The notes below the pieces were generated by a model, which ran no database searches, had not been told where the DNA came from, and worked only from the letters and a program-made list of their open reading frames with translations. The translations under genes were made by a program, and so were the position numbers. Source: a virus (Duplodnaviria > Caudoviricetes). Taken from it: a stretch of DNA of 64,000 nucleotides. The stretch lies in the IMG/VR virus record IMGVR_UViG_2737471636_000001, positions 1 through 64,000 of that record; one strand, 5' to 3'. Shown piece by piece: positions 8,818 through 18,900 of this stretch; position 1 is the stretch's first letter; every line of letters begins with the position of its first letter.

Positions 8818-11800
8818 TTAGATTTTTGAGAGCGTTCCATCTACCAAAACAAGAATGTCTGGCGCGGTGTTTGGCCTGTCAGCCATCAATTTATCCCATA
8901 CCGGCTGATAAACATTCCATGCCTTGTTCAACTTATCCCACTTGTAGCGGCCTTCTCCAACCTCATCAGCCGCCGCTTTTATGTATTCCTTCCACTCCAT
9001 AATGAGACTCCATGAAGTCGTATCAACTCTTATACCGATTATATTTGTGCCCTCACTGCCGTCACCTGATACGCCTTCCGGTTTTCGCTGATTTTCTTGC
9101 TCCATTAATTGTTTTGTTGCGACATTTTTGTGTACGAGAAAATTGTACGGTAGGTAGTCTACTGAAGGGTCTTTGTCCTGGTAATTAAACCAATAAAGAG
9201 TTTTACGCATGAAATCGCTTACCTGCTCTCCCAATTCACGCGCTGTTTTTCCTGTAAGAATAGCCTTAAAATCTTCCTCCGGAATGAAGTTTTTGATTGC
9301 TTCACCTAGATCATAAGGGGAACCGTCAAAGTCATCTATGGTTAATGTTAAATTGTTCGTAATAGCATAATCGCGCATTGCGGCACTCATACCAGAATTT
9401 CCTATCCTTTCCTTTTTTTCTACTGCAATACTTGTCGGAACCACAAATGATCCGTACTGAATTGACTTTATAATACTTTTTTGTGATTCTTTTATATGCC
9501 GTCTTGCAACTGTATTGTCTTTTACCATAACAAACGGAAAGTAGGGTTGCGGTAGCATATAGCCGTGCGTCGAGTATGAAGCCATCATTTCAACTTTTCT
9601 TCGCTGCGCTATTTCCGGAACGAGATCGCTGAAACCGTTATCCAGAAATCCTTTTTCGTTGATATCGTCCTCGATACTGGCCGCGTCATTCAATAGGCTG
9701 TCGTATTCAGCAGATCCGGGATAAATCAATTCTCCACCGCCCCGAACGAATTCGACCAGCGGTATCCTGCGGATGCCATTGTCACCCTTGGCGCCTCTCA
9801 TGGCGTAGCTTTTTGAAACGTCGAATATAGCCAGGGAACCGTCATTCTGGCGAGAGAAGGTGCCGGTAACGATAGGCTTTCCATCAACAATAAAAGCATC
9901 GCTTTCAGCCGTAGCTTTGGCTATTTCAGCCGGGTAACTTCCTTTTTCACTGGCTTGACGCACGAAATTGGCCGTTGATTCATCGATCATGGACTGAGCC
10001 ATATCAACTTCCATTTGCCATTCGTTTGCTATTTCACTGTCATCAATTGGCTCAACCAAAAAACTGGGATACAGCTGGCCTTTTAGCATTTGCTCCATTT
10101 TTTCATCGTTCAGCCTGCTAACCCTTCTCGCAGCCAGAAAGAAATCATCTATTGAAGATTCATTTTTTTGATAATCGGGTGAACCGCCGAGATGCCCTTG
10201 ATAAATTTTTCCCGATGATTCAATTTGACTTCTCATTCCATTAATCCTAACGCTCAGCTCTGCCAATATTTGCTTGTTTTTGGCAACAGCCGATTCCGTG
10301 GCTTTGGGATTATTAATCCTGTCATTCAATATTAGAATCTGCTTCTCATAATTAAACACGCTGATTATTCTGCGAATAACGAATTCAGCCGGGCTTGGGT
10401 TGTTTTGCAGGAATAGTCTTTGTTTGCGTATCGTGTCGATATTAATCATCTGTTTTTCACGATTGGTTGTAGCTCTGGCTTCGGCTTCTTTGGCTGCAAT
10501 GGTTTCCTGCAAGCGCTTCATAGCATCAGAATCGCCAACCGTATCAATCAGCGCTTCCATTTGTTCTTTCGACAATCCACCCGTAACAGCCACGGATCCG
10601 CCGCCGTCAATATCCATAACCTGACCAATCCAATCGGCCTTTTTATTGACCATCGAACGTTTGCTGGTATCGAAGGTACCATCCGCGTCGTAATGGTAAG
10701 CGTTAACGCGCTGAGTCTTGTTGCCTTGTCGTACGCCTCGACCATTGCGCTGTTCCAGGCTATCCGGCGTCCATCCAATCGTCAAATGATGAATGGCCTG
10801 GGTGCCTTTTTGCAGGTTAATACCGACTTCGGCTTTTTCGTTGGCAATGACAGTACGGTACTTATTGTCGTCTCCATTGGCATTAAAGCCGTCCTGGACC
10901 GCAAGAATTTCATCCGGTGAGTTATTGGTCTTGCCGGTAATAATCGCTATCGCGCTCGATGGAACCCCGGCACGCTTGGATAATAATCGCTTGATCTTGT
11001 TATGCAGTGGCAGAATGTCGCAGAATATGATTTGCTTTACGATTGACGATACGCCGCCGTTCTCATCCACGCCGCGCGGGGTTGCCTGTTCGTTTTGGAA
11101 GTTTTCCAACATTGCGGCCAGTTTGGGTGGTACTGATACATCCAGGTCAAGACCTTGGTTTTCAGCCGTATCTTCAAACGCGCTCTGGCTGATTGGGTTA
11201 ATCGTATCGACAACAATTCTGTTTCCAGCAATGATACGAGCTCGAACCGCGATCTTTAGCAATTCATAATTGTCGCCCGAAGAGTCTTTAACTATCTTTT
11301 TACCAATAATTGCACTTTCTTCAGTCATTGGACCAGGCCGCGCACGCTCTTCCGATATTTTTTTGGCGTTAAATGTATCAATAACCGCCTTTGCTTTATC
11401 GGCCTGAGGCTGAATAAAGGTGTAGAAAGTTGCACGCTGATCAAGTTCTGGATCGGCAATCAACATGGTCATTTTGTTGATCAGATTGAATGGATGCCCA
11501 ATCAGGTCAATGTCCTCGCCAAAGTGCCTGGAAACCTCGTTAAAAGCATCCTTGTTGCCACGATTCGGAACCTTTTCAGATATCTCATCAATCGCAAAAC
11601 GAAAAGCGGATTTATACAATTTCAATCGACTGACAATATCGCCGGTCAAGGTTACTTGAGAGGCTTTATCTTCGCGATCAGGCACCACAATTTGTTCGCC
11701 CACATCATCCGCATTTTTGATTGAAGCGGTTTCGTCAATAGCCTTTCTTAACACCTCTACGTTATTGAGTCCGACAAACACATCCGTGGTACGCGCCACG

Positions 11801-14800
11801 CCATCCATCGTCACGTCATCCTGATTTTCTTTCTGCACGAATATGTTCATGAAATCATCCGCACCCTTAATACCCAGGCACATATCATTCACGCGCTCAT
11901 GCCCCGACGACAGCGACAACATGGAGTAGATTTCAAGTGGACTATTGGTTATCGGGGTGGCTGTTAGTAGCAACACGCCATCACCCAATGGTGATTTGCC
12001 GCGTATGTACCAGGCTTTGGCTTGGGCATCGACCCCACGCTTTGCTGCCGGTGCCATGGAGAGGAACTTTGCGCTCTTGAAATCTATGGTTTCGGCTGAG
12101 TTTTTAAATAGATGCGCTTCATCGATCACAATGCTATCTACGCCCAAATCCTCAAGATACGGTGCGCTGCCGGTCTTTGATGATAAGACTGACATGAGGC
12201 CGGATTGCTTTCCTTTAGCGCGTTCATCAGCCTTTTTATCTTCGCTTGAAGAGAAACTTGCATCTGCTTTACGCAAGAATAGTTCATATTCCTGAATTGT
12301 TTCATCGCGCAAGCGGATCCGCTCGAATGCTTCCATTGTCATGAATATTTTGCGGTGTCTGTTTTCCATAACGGATATCAGGTCAGCATCAAAATTGGAT
12401 GAACTAACCGTAGCTTTACCGTATTTATCGACACGCAAACCGATAAACAGCGAATCATCCATAGAGGCATACGCACGGGTAGCTTCTTTACGCCAATTTG
12501 ATAAAACCGAGTTTGGCACCACGATAAAAGTTTTGTTCTTAACCCCGATACTTTGCACGTATTGGATGGAAGACAATGCTGCGAACGTCTTACCTAATCC
12601 GGTCCCGTGGCCATTAATGCCCTCAAAATTGCGGCTCATACGACGCACAAAAGCGTTCTGGTATCCGTGTAGCGTAATATCTCCACTCATTCCAGCGATC
12701 ACCAGCGGCGATTCATCATCAACCTGCCTAAAGCGCAATTTGGACGTATCACCTGCTTTTGCTTGCATCCTGTCCATGATGGTTTTGTTGCCGCGAACCC
12801 AACCATTAAACTGTTCGTTGGCAGTCACCACTTTCCTGCGCAGTATGCCCAATGCTTGAGCATCGCTCATATCCAGCTTTGCCCCGCCCAGGGTAATTGT
12901 GCCGTTTTTGAGGTAATCGCCAATACGATTAAGCAATTTTTCATTGTCAGAAAGTTTGCTTCCGGGAACGTTGATATCAACATTCTTGTGCCCGGTTTTT
13001 TCATCAAACACAACCGAAGCGGAAGGGTGAACAAACCGGCGCAGGAATTCGGCTTTTTCTTCGCATGACACGTATGGACTGAATAGATTGAAGGTTAGTT
13101 TTGAAACATCGATTTTATCCAGCCGACTTTCGGCATCCAGCTTTTGACGCAACAGTTTGGCTCGGATAGTTTCATCCGTTGCCTGTGCAATCTCAGCATT
13201 AGCGCGACGCAAGAAATCGGCATAATTGCCGGTGTAGTAATCATCCGCACGTGTGACATGCCGACCATCGGGGGAAATGCACCAGTTACTATCCTCAATC
13301 GGATTGAAATCATGTCCAAATATGCCTCTGGCATCATCAATCGATGTCCATATCGATCTGCTTTTGTAACGCAATCCCTCGAATCCTGAATCAGCCGTTA
13401 TCTCAAGTGGTGTCACCGATTGCTGCACATCGCCGCGCCACACAGCAGAGAATCCGGTTTTTTTCTGGTAATGGTTGCCCATTCGCTTCATGGCATCACG
13501 GAGTTTCCCGCCAAGACTTGAAGGGCGGCTCTTTGCTGCGGAGTAAACAACCTGCATCGCATCGGATAGCGCTGGATACTCATCTATGTACTTCACGCCG
13601 GTTTCTTCACTCAAACGCTCATCAAGAACTTGAGATACAGCCAATCCCACTACACCGGCATTCCAGTATTTTGCCCGGTCGCCATGCTCAGGCAGTCTTC
13701 TGAGTTCATTGACTGCAGCACGCATCCAGCCAGGAATATCTAGCGCTTGCGAGGTGTCATTCATGTAGTCGAATAGTTTTGACGCATCAGACCATTGAAT
13801 TCTGTTTTCAAATGCTGAGTAGGGAGTTGCCAACTTGCCAAGCAATCCCGCCATGTCAGTGTTTTCTTCGCTACGCGCCATTGGCACCCACCGGCCATCC
13901 TGCATTTGCAGTGTTTGCCCGGATTGAGTAATGGTGTCACCATCACGGTAAATGATTGGCGATGTTTCCGTGGTACCCAACAAATCCCAATCGATTCTTG
14001 AGTCAGGGAATCTCCTTAGCATTCGGGCTATTTCAGGCATGCTGGCCGGGTTCATAACGCGATCTACATCACGGAACTTATTCGGGTCTTTTGGAACGAA
14101 TTCGCCCAGTATGAACCGCTTTCCTTCGGTATTGAAATACTGACCTTCGATGAAAGTCTGCCATAGCACGTTCGCATCGATTAGGGTTTGAGGTGACTGT
14201 TCGCGCAATTCGGCAATCTTGTCGAGTGTTTCCCGGTCATATTTACGGAAGGCGATCGCATCCGTCATGGTGTCCGCGCTAGCGGTACCAAAGACCGAAT
14301 TGGGAAGTCGATAAGCACCCATAAATTCAGCCATGAAACTTGCCTTGACGCGCAAATCTTCTTCTTTGCCACCCTTACCGGATACGCATCGCGGAGGCGT
14401 GATAAAAACGGCTAGACCACCCGGTTTCAATTTCTCAAGCGATCGCAAAATAAAATAATTCTGTAGCGGCTCTTTCTGGTACCGGTTATCGTGCAACTGA
14501 TTACCGCCACGATCGGCAACGCCACCGAACGGGACATTAGTGACAACCGCATCGTATTGCTCATCCGGCGTATTTGCCGCAACCTTCTCGAATGGTGATA
14601 CCGTCGCAACATAACCGGGCCCATCATTCACCAGGCCGTTAATCCTGCCCGATGTTTCGTTGAGCTCAACAGCGTCGATCGCTGCACTAAGCGGAGCGGT
14701 AGCACCAAAAATCCCCACACCTGCGCTCGGATCCAGAACTTTGCCGCCTTCAAACCCAAGTTCTTCTAGTAGGGTCCAGATGCCTTCAGCTATCGGTTTT

Positions 14801-15210
14801 GGAGTGTAATATTCGTAAGCTGAACCCTTTTTACCATCCGCGCCAATTAACGCGCCTCCGGTACCGGAATATTTAGCAAGCGTCAGTCTTTGCTCACCCG
14901 TTAACTTGTTCGGATCAATTTCACCGGCATCGATACGCGCAAGTAGCGACATGGCTGCCTCGTTGTCTTTCTTTCTTTGAGATTGTTTGCGGTTCGGGTC
15001 AAACTCATAGTATTGCGACGTAGGTTCGCGCGGGGCTATAACATCTTCATTGTCTTGCTGAGCCTGGCTAACCAAACCAAGTCTAACCATTGCCTCAGAT
15101 TTGACCTTTTGCGCTTGCCGTTTGTCGCTAAATGACGGATTGTTGGCAAGTATCTTGTTCTGCTCTAATATCGTGTTCTGAACTGATCTTTTTTCTGCGA
15201 AAGAAATCAT
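8818..15210 (-). CDS. darB: DarB-like antirestriction protein: N6-adenine MTase + SNF2 helicase
   Basis: 2130 aa; VLDPSAGVGIF and NVPF MTase motifs; GTGLGKT, DEAH, LTATP, GINLQ, QRNGRGVRQGN helicase motifs. Confidence 0.9.
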   Translation of the reverse strand: MISFAEKRSVQNTILEQNKILANNPSFSDKRQAQKVKSEAMVRLGLVSQAQQDNEDVIAPREPTSQYYEFDPNRKQSQRKKDNEAAMSLLARIDAGEIDPNKLTGEQRLTLAKYSGTGGALIGADGKKGSAYEYYTPKPIAEGIWTLLEELGFEGGKVLDPSAGVGIFGATAPLSAAIDAVELNETSGRINGLVNDGPGYVATVSPFEKVAANTPDEQYDAVVTNVPFGGVADRGGNQLHDNRYQKEPLQNYFILRSLEKLKPGGLAVFITPPRCVSGKGGKEEDLRVKASFMAEFMGAYRLPNSVFGTASADTMTDAIAFRKYDRETLDKIAELREQSPQTLIDANVLWQTFIEGQYFNTEGKRFILGEFVPKDPNKFRDVDRVMNPASMPEIARMLRRFPDSRIDWDLLGTTETSPIIYRDGDTITQSGQTLQMQDGRWVPMARSEENTDMAGLLGKLATPYSAFENRIQWSDASKLFDYMNDTSQALDIPGWMRAAVNELRRLPEHGDRAKYWNAGVVGLAVSQVLDERLSEETGVKYIDEYPALSDAMQVVYSAAKSRPSSLGGKLRDAMKRMGNHYQKKTGFSAVWRGDVQQSVTPLEITADSGFEGLRYKSRSIWTSIDDARGIFGHDFNPIEDSNWCISPDGRHVTRADDYYTGNYADFLRRANAEIAQATDETIRAKLLRQKLDAESRLDKIDVSKLTFNLFSPYVSCEEKAEFLRRFVHPSASVVFDEKTGHKNVDINVPGSKLSDNEKLLNRIGDYLKNGTITLGGAKLDMSDAQALGILRRKVVTANEQFNGWVRGNKTIMDRMQAKAGDTSKLRFRQVDDESPLVIAGMSGDITLHGYQNAFVRRMSRNFEGINGHGTGLGKTFAALSSIQYVQSIGVKNKTFIVVPNSVLSNWRKEATRAYASMDDSLFIGLRVDKYGKATVSSSNFDADLISVMENRHRKIFMTMEAFERIRLRDETIQEYELFLRKADASFSSSEDKKADERAKGKQSGLMSVLSSKTGSAPYLEDLGVDSIVIDEAHLFKNSAETIDFKSAKFLSMAPAAKRGVDAQAKAWYIRGKSPLGDGVLLLTATPITNSPLEIYSMLSLSSGHERVNDMCLGIKGADDFMNIFVQKENQDDVTMDGVARTTDVFVGLNNVEVLRKAIDETASIKNADDVGEQIVVPDREDKASQVTLTGDIVSRLKLYKSAFRFAIDEISEKVPNRGNKDAFNEVSRHFGEDIDLIGHPFNLINKMTMLIADPELDQRATFYTFIQPQADKAKAVIDTFNAKKISEERARPGPMTEESAIIGKKIVKDSSGDNYELLKIAVRARIIAGNRIVVDTINPISQSAFEDTAENQGLDLDVSVPPKLAAMLENFQNEQATPRGVDENGGVSSIVKQIIFCDILPLHNKIKRLLSKRAGVPSSAIAIITGKTNNSPDEILAVQDGFNANGDDNKYRTVIANEKAEVGINLQKGTQAIHHLTIGWTPDSLEQRNGRGVRQGNKTQRVNAYHYDADGTFDTSKRSMVNKKADWIGQVMDIDGGGSVAVTGGLSKEQMEALIDTVGDSDAMKRLQETIAAKEAEARATTNREKQMINIDTIRKQRLFLQNNPSPAEFVIRRIISVFNYEKQILILNDRINNPKATESAVAKNKQILAELSVRINGMRSQIESSGKIYQGHLGGSPDYQKNESSIDDFFLAARRVSRLNDEKMEQMLKGQLYPSFLVEPIDDSEIANEWQMEVDMAQSMIDESTANFVRQASEKGSYPAEIAKATAESDAFIVDGKPIVTGTFSRQNDGSLAIFDVSKSYAMRGAKGDNGIRRIPLVEFVRGGGELIYPGSAEYDSLLNDAASIEDDINEKGFLDNGFSDLVPEIAQRRKVEMMASYSTHGYMLPQPYFPFVMVKDNTVARRHIKESQKSIIKSIQYGSFVVPTSIAVEKKERIGNSGMSAAMRDYAITNNLTLTIDDFDGSPYDLGEAIKNFIPEEDFKAILTGKTARELGEQVSDFMRKTLYWFNYQDKDPSVDYLPYNFLVHKNVATKQLMEQENQRKPEGVSGDGSEGTNIIGIRVDTTSWSLIMEWKEYIKAAADEVGEGRYKWDKLNKAWNVYQPVWDKLMADRPNTAPDILVLVDGTLSKI

Positions 15211-15245
15211 TGTTAAAGTCCTGATGATGGCAATTTATGATCGCT

Positions 15246-15285
15246 ATCATAAAGACGTGGCAACGCATTATTTGTGCGGTTTTCC
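15246..15285 (-). promoter_or_regulatory. Putative late promoter GGAAAA-N28-TATGAT for darB-ulx
   Basis: Shared motif and spacing. Confidence 0.7.
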
Positions 15286-15374
15286 GATGGATAACTAATG
15301 CCCTATTGATCTTTTTGTGATGGTGTGAATAATACACATCATAAAAATCTGGACTTAAATAAGAGGAAATTAAT

Positions 15375-15692
15375 ATGAGATATCCAATAGCGATTGAGCT
15401 CGGAGATGAGAAGCATGCTTTTGGCGTGGTAGTTCCGGATCTACCTGGCTGTTATTCTGCAGGAGATACGATTGATGAAGCAATTGACAAAGCAAAAGAA
15501 GCAATTGAGTTGTGGTTAGAAACCGTAATTGATGGTGGCGGCTCTGTGCCTAACTCTAAAAGCATTAGTGATCATCAAGCCAATCCTGAATACAAAGGAT
15601 GGGTATGGGCAATCGTCACAATTGATCTGACACTTTCGAATTCAAAACAGGACCTAATCGCACAGTCGGCATTCGACCCAAGCGGATGGTGA
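15375..15692 (+). CDS. hicB: Orphan HicB-family antitoxin, C-terminal DNA-binding domain apparently missing
   Basis: FGVVVPDLPGCYSAGDTIDEAIDKAKEAI motif; no adjacent hicA. Confidence 0.85.
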   Translation: MRYPIAIELGDEKHAFGVVVPDLPGCYSAGDTIDEAIDKAKEAIELWLETVIDGGGSVPNSKSISDHQANPEYKGWVWAIVTIDLTLSNSKQDLIAQSAFDPSGW

Positions 15693-15718
15693 GTAAGTAC
15701 AAAATTCATTTCAAAGAG

Positions 15719-15788
15719 AGATAACGTAAAAGTCAACGGCGCTTAGCGGCTTTATCGCACAGCTTCCGTGTGGACTGCCGGGTTAGAT
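15719..15788 (-). other. Integron attC recombination site (70 bp) downstream of the CBASS cassette
   Basis: Minus strand ATCTAAC-ccggcagtccacacggaagctgtgcgataaagccgctaagcgccgttgacttttac-GTTATCT: RYYYAAC...GTT ends with an imperfect inverted repeat. Confidence 0.8.
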
Positions 15789-15821
15789 TACTTTTTTATT
15801 GGCGCGGCGGCAGGAATTGAA

Positions 15822-16712
15822 TTACCACTGCTTCCAAAGTTCAACAGCCGCATCTAGAAACTTGTCGCATTTTTCGGCTCGCCACGTGACCGGAGAATCT
15901 TCAAACAGGAGGTAATACTGCTCATTGCAACATAGAAATTTGGTTCGGTCCGCTTCAAGAATCCAGTTAATCGCATTCACGAAAGTATCGTTATAGCTTT
16001 TTCCAAACTTATCGTTCGGAACGTTATACAACAAGCCTTCAAGGTAGTACGAAGGCGCAACCCCATCTTTCAGCATTCCTTCCGTTATTAAGCGACTCCG
16101 CATGTTCTTAAGTATCCGAGCCATTGGCTTGAACAACTGCGACGTACCTTGGTGTTTGGTAGTTAGATTTTCAGAATGCTGTTTCGGGTAGTTAGCAATC
16201 TCGGTTCCGGTATTTGTGTAGAAGCAAATGCCCTCATCGTACGATTGATCTGAGTTTGAGAGAAATTTGTGATATCGCCGATACTTAATCGCAGCGATGA
16301 CATCGGACTTTCTACGATTCCCTGATGCCGCGATGGCAATTGCCTTTTCTCCTGAATCGACGTCATTGCCGTATTTGCCAGAAAGCACGGCAAGAACATC
16401 AGCCTTGAAGTCATGGTGCGTATAGGTGGCATTACTGTGTGAAGTCTTGAATGCCTCCTGTTGTTCGACAGGTAGCTGTGATAAATCATGTTGAAAACAA
16501 TCGTCAAGACTTATAACTATATCGACATCACTTTCGCTGTAGATATTCGTGTCATTGCCATACGAACCTTGGAGAAAAACCTTGTACGTCTTGGCTGCGT
16601 AAGGCGTGTCAGATGCGTTAAGCGTTGTTTTTATCGAGTTATAGGTAGTCCTCGACTGCGTGATTGACCCTTGGTGCGACCAAGTCTCAAGTTGTGATTC
16701 AGGAATTGCCAC
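15822..16712 (-). CDS. cdnE: CBASS CD-NTase, clade E (CdnE-like), probably a cyclic UMP-AMP synthase
   Basis: PESQLETWSHQG, FLQGSYGNDTN..SDVD, NYPKQH, APSYYLEGLLYNVP closely match recalled Rhodothermus CdnE; Asn at the specificity position. Confidence 0.9.
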   Translation of the reverse strand: MAIPESQLETWSHQGSITQSRTTYNSIKTTLNASDTPYAAKTYKVFLQGSYGNDTNIYSESDVDIVISLDDCFQHDLSQLPVEQQEAFKTSHSNATYTHHDFKADVLAVLSGKYGNDVDSGEKAIAIAASGNRRKSDVIAAIKYRRYHKFLSNSDQSYDEGICFYTNTGTEIANYPKQHSENLTTKHQGTSQLFKPMARILKNMRSRLITEGMLKDGVAPSYYLEGLLYNVPNDKFGKSYNDTFVNAINWILEADRTKFLCCNEQYYLLFEDSPVTWRAEKCDKFLDAAVELWKQW

Positions 16713-16731
16713 TATTACCTCCTTTGGTGTT

Positions 16732-17715
16732 CTACATCAAAAAAGATCGGATGTCCTGCTCGCGGAGGGCGAATGATTCGCTACCACGCTGCCGTAGGAT
16801 ATTCAGTTTTGCAAGATTATGCTCCATTAAATCTGTGGCCATTTCCGGTTTTTCGAACGTGTCGCTAACGCGAATCGTATTTACGTCTTTGAATAAGATC
16901 TCCCGAAGTTGATCCATCGATTGAGTATTGATTTCAAGCGTCTTCTGAAGCAACTGAACGCTCAAGAGGTACTTCTTGGCAAACCAGATAGTCAATCTAC
17001 GTGGCTTTGGTTCCGGATAGACTCCCACGCCAACGCTGACGACGCGTAGATCGGCGCGATCTTTCTTAAGTGTAGCGATTGCGTCAGCAATTGCATATAA
17101 CGTCGGATTGTTCGCGCAATACCCACCGTCTATAAGTTCAATATTGTCTCCGGCCGCTGTACTTACGATTTTTCGGTTGAAGAATGGGTAGGCAGAGCAT
17201 GATGCTTGAACTGCATCAGCAATACTGACACCAAAGCCTGGCTTAAACGTACCAATCCTTCCGTGCGCTTGGGCAACGTTACCCTTGAAGATCATGGGTC
17301 GTTCAATTACCCACTTTGTCGCGACTATACCGATGCCTGTTTTAACGTCAGAAAATGTCTTTTCGCCATAAATTTTATGAGCCAACTTTGCAAGTGCATC
17401 AGACTTCGCTTGCGCATTGGAGGCGCGCATAACAGAAGGCACATGCTTTTTGTATAAGTCGTGGATTGCGTCGATTTCATAGCCGAGTGCAATTAGCGAG
17501 GCAATGATGGCACCTGTGCTTGTTCCGAATATCAAGTCAAAACGCTTGTACAACGGACAGCCAAGCATGGCTTCGATTTCCTTTAGCACGCCGAGCGTGT
17601 AGAAACCCTTCGCGCCTCCACCATCGAGACTAAGTATCCGACACAACCCGTCTTGGGCGTATTCGGTTGTGAGTTGTGAGGGTGCCTCCTTCTGGGTTAC
17701 CTCTTCGATAGTCAT
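16732..17715 (-). CDS. CBASS patatin-like phospholipase effector (CapE/CapV-like)
   Basis: LSLDGGGAKG, GTSTG, DGG motifs; GGAGG SD before ATG 17715; adjacent to the CD-NTase. Confidence 0.9.
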   Translation of the reverse strand: MTIEEVTQKEAPSQLTTEYAQDGLCRILSLDGGGAKGFYTLGVLKEIEAMLGCPLYKRFDLIFGTSTGAIIASLIALGYEIDAIHDLYKKHVPSVMRASNAQAKSDALAKLAHKIYGEKTFSDVKTGIGIVATKWVIERPMIFKGNVAQAHGRIGTFKPGFGVSIADAVQASCSAYPFFNRKIVSTAAGDNIELIDGGYCANNPTLYAIADAIATLKKDRADLRVVSVGVGVYPEPKPRRLTIWFAKKYLLSVQLLQKTLEINTQSMDQLREILFKDVNTIRVSDTFEKPEMATDLMEHNLAKLNILRQRGSESFALREQDIRSFLM

Positions 17716-17726
17716 AGCACCTCCCT

Positions 17727-17800
17727 TATTAATATTGCGACAGATGCTACTTGCCCCGCGAGCGGTGCTTTTTGATGCCAACTGGAGTCAATTGTTAAGT
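17727..17800 (-). other. Degenerate/partial attC site
   Basis: ACTTAAC (RYYYAAC) overlaps the upstream gene's stop codon, followed by attC-like sequence; the distal GTTRRRY is not intact. Confidence 0.5.
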
Positions 17801-18790
17801 GTTCTCTATCACATGCGAACTAATGCTGATTCTCAGATCAGTTAATTCAATCAATTTTTGGTAAAGCATGATATGTATAGTTGCATATTGAAGCTGTTTG
17901 GCTTGCCAGATTCTCATGAACTGGTCATGCATTAATACATAGCGCTTTTTAGTATTAATTGCACTATTTAGTTCAGTCTCAGCAATTTGGTTAAGTTGTT
18001 CTTTCGGCACAGGAAGCGACATAAATAACTCCTGACTGTAACGCCATGGGTTTGCACTCAAGTCATGTTGCCACATAAACAAGTAACCAGATTTTTTTAT
18101 AACATCAGTTATTTTCCTATCATATTTATTATTTTCTAGCAGGTAATTCGATAACTGTTCAAATGTTTGAATATCTTGACCTGTCACACCCCTGATCTTA
18201 GTAAAAATACTATTGGTGATGTTCGATTGTTTTTCTAACGGGTTTTCTGAGTTGGCGAAATCTATTTCTGCATCAGTGGCTTTTCGAACGCAGCCAGAGA
18301 CGCGGATAGTAAGTTCTGAATCATCCAATTCTTTCGGGGTACAATATGAGCTATTCCCTACAAGATTTAAACCCACACTTTCAAATGATTGAGCCACTAA
18401 ACGTGAGCAAAATTGTCTGTTAGTAATTGCCTTTTTTGCAAGTGGATTCTTAGTATTTATTGCGTCTTTTACAGAATACTGTTTCCCTACTTCATTCCGT
18501 GCAAATGCACATGCGGCATCAATTAATTTACGGTCTACGTCCTCTTTTAGCCTTAATACCTGAATATAATTCACATCATCAAACAGCAACCGTTGAACAT
18601 TTCCAGAGTGAACGCCGTCACCATCTGAGTGGATATAGCTTCCGTCCCCTACATGTAGCATCGCATGAGAGTAATCACTTGCTGTAAACACCTTTATCGC
18701 CTTACTCACGATATGTTTTTGTGTTGTCAAAAATATATCGCCTGCCTGTAGTTTGCTGATTTCTATTAGATACATACCCCTATGTGTCAA
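17795..18790 (-). CDS. Permuted papain-like NlpC/P60 (YiiX/YebB family) protein with helical C-terminal extension
   Basis: LQAGDIFLT, YSHAMLH (His), FCSRLVA (Cys), TPKEL; start may be ATG 18775. Confidence 0.8.
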   Translation of the reverse strand: MTHRGMYLIEISKLQAGDIFLTTQKHIVSKAIKVFTASDYSHAMLHVGDGSYIHSDGDGVHSGNVQRLLFDDVNYIQVLRLKEDVDRKLIDAACAFARNEVGKQYSVKDAINTKNPLAKKAITNRQFCSRLVAQSFESVGLNLVGNSSYCTPKELDDSELTIRVSGCVRKATDAEIDFANSENPLEKQSNITNSIFTKIRGVTGQDIQTFEQLSNYLLENNKYDRKITDVIKKSGYLFMWQHDLSANPWRYSQELFMSLPVPKEQLNQIAETELNSAINTKKRYVLMHDQFMRIWQAKQLQYATIHIMLYQKLIELTDLRISISSHVIENT

Positions 18791-18812
18791 GATACCTTTT
18801 ACCTCATTTGAA

Positions 18813-18900
18813 ACTTAACGCGATATACACGACATTTATTGTCCAATAATAATCCTGGCATGACGTATGATCTTGTTCATGTTTAATTATTCCATTAATT
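18813..18900 (-). other. Cassette 5' crossover GTTAAGT with possible attI-like upstream sequence
   Basis: GTTAAGT (18813-18819) is the exact complement of the ACTTAAC that ends the same cassette; AT-rich upstream; no intI seen. Confidence 0.45.
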
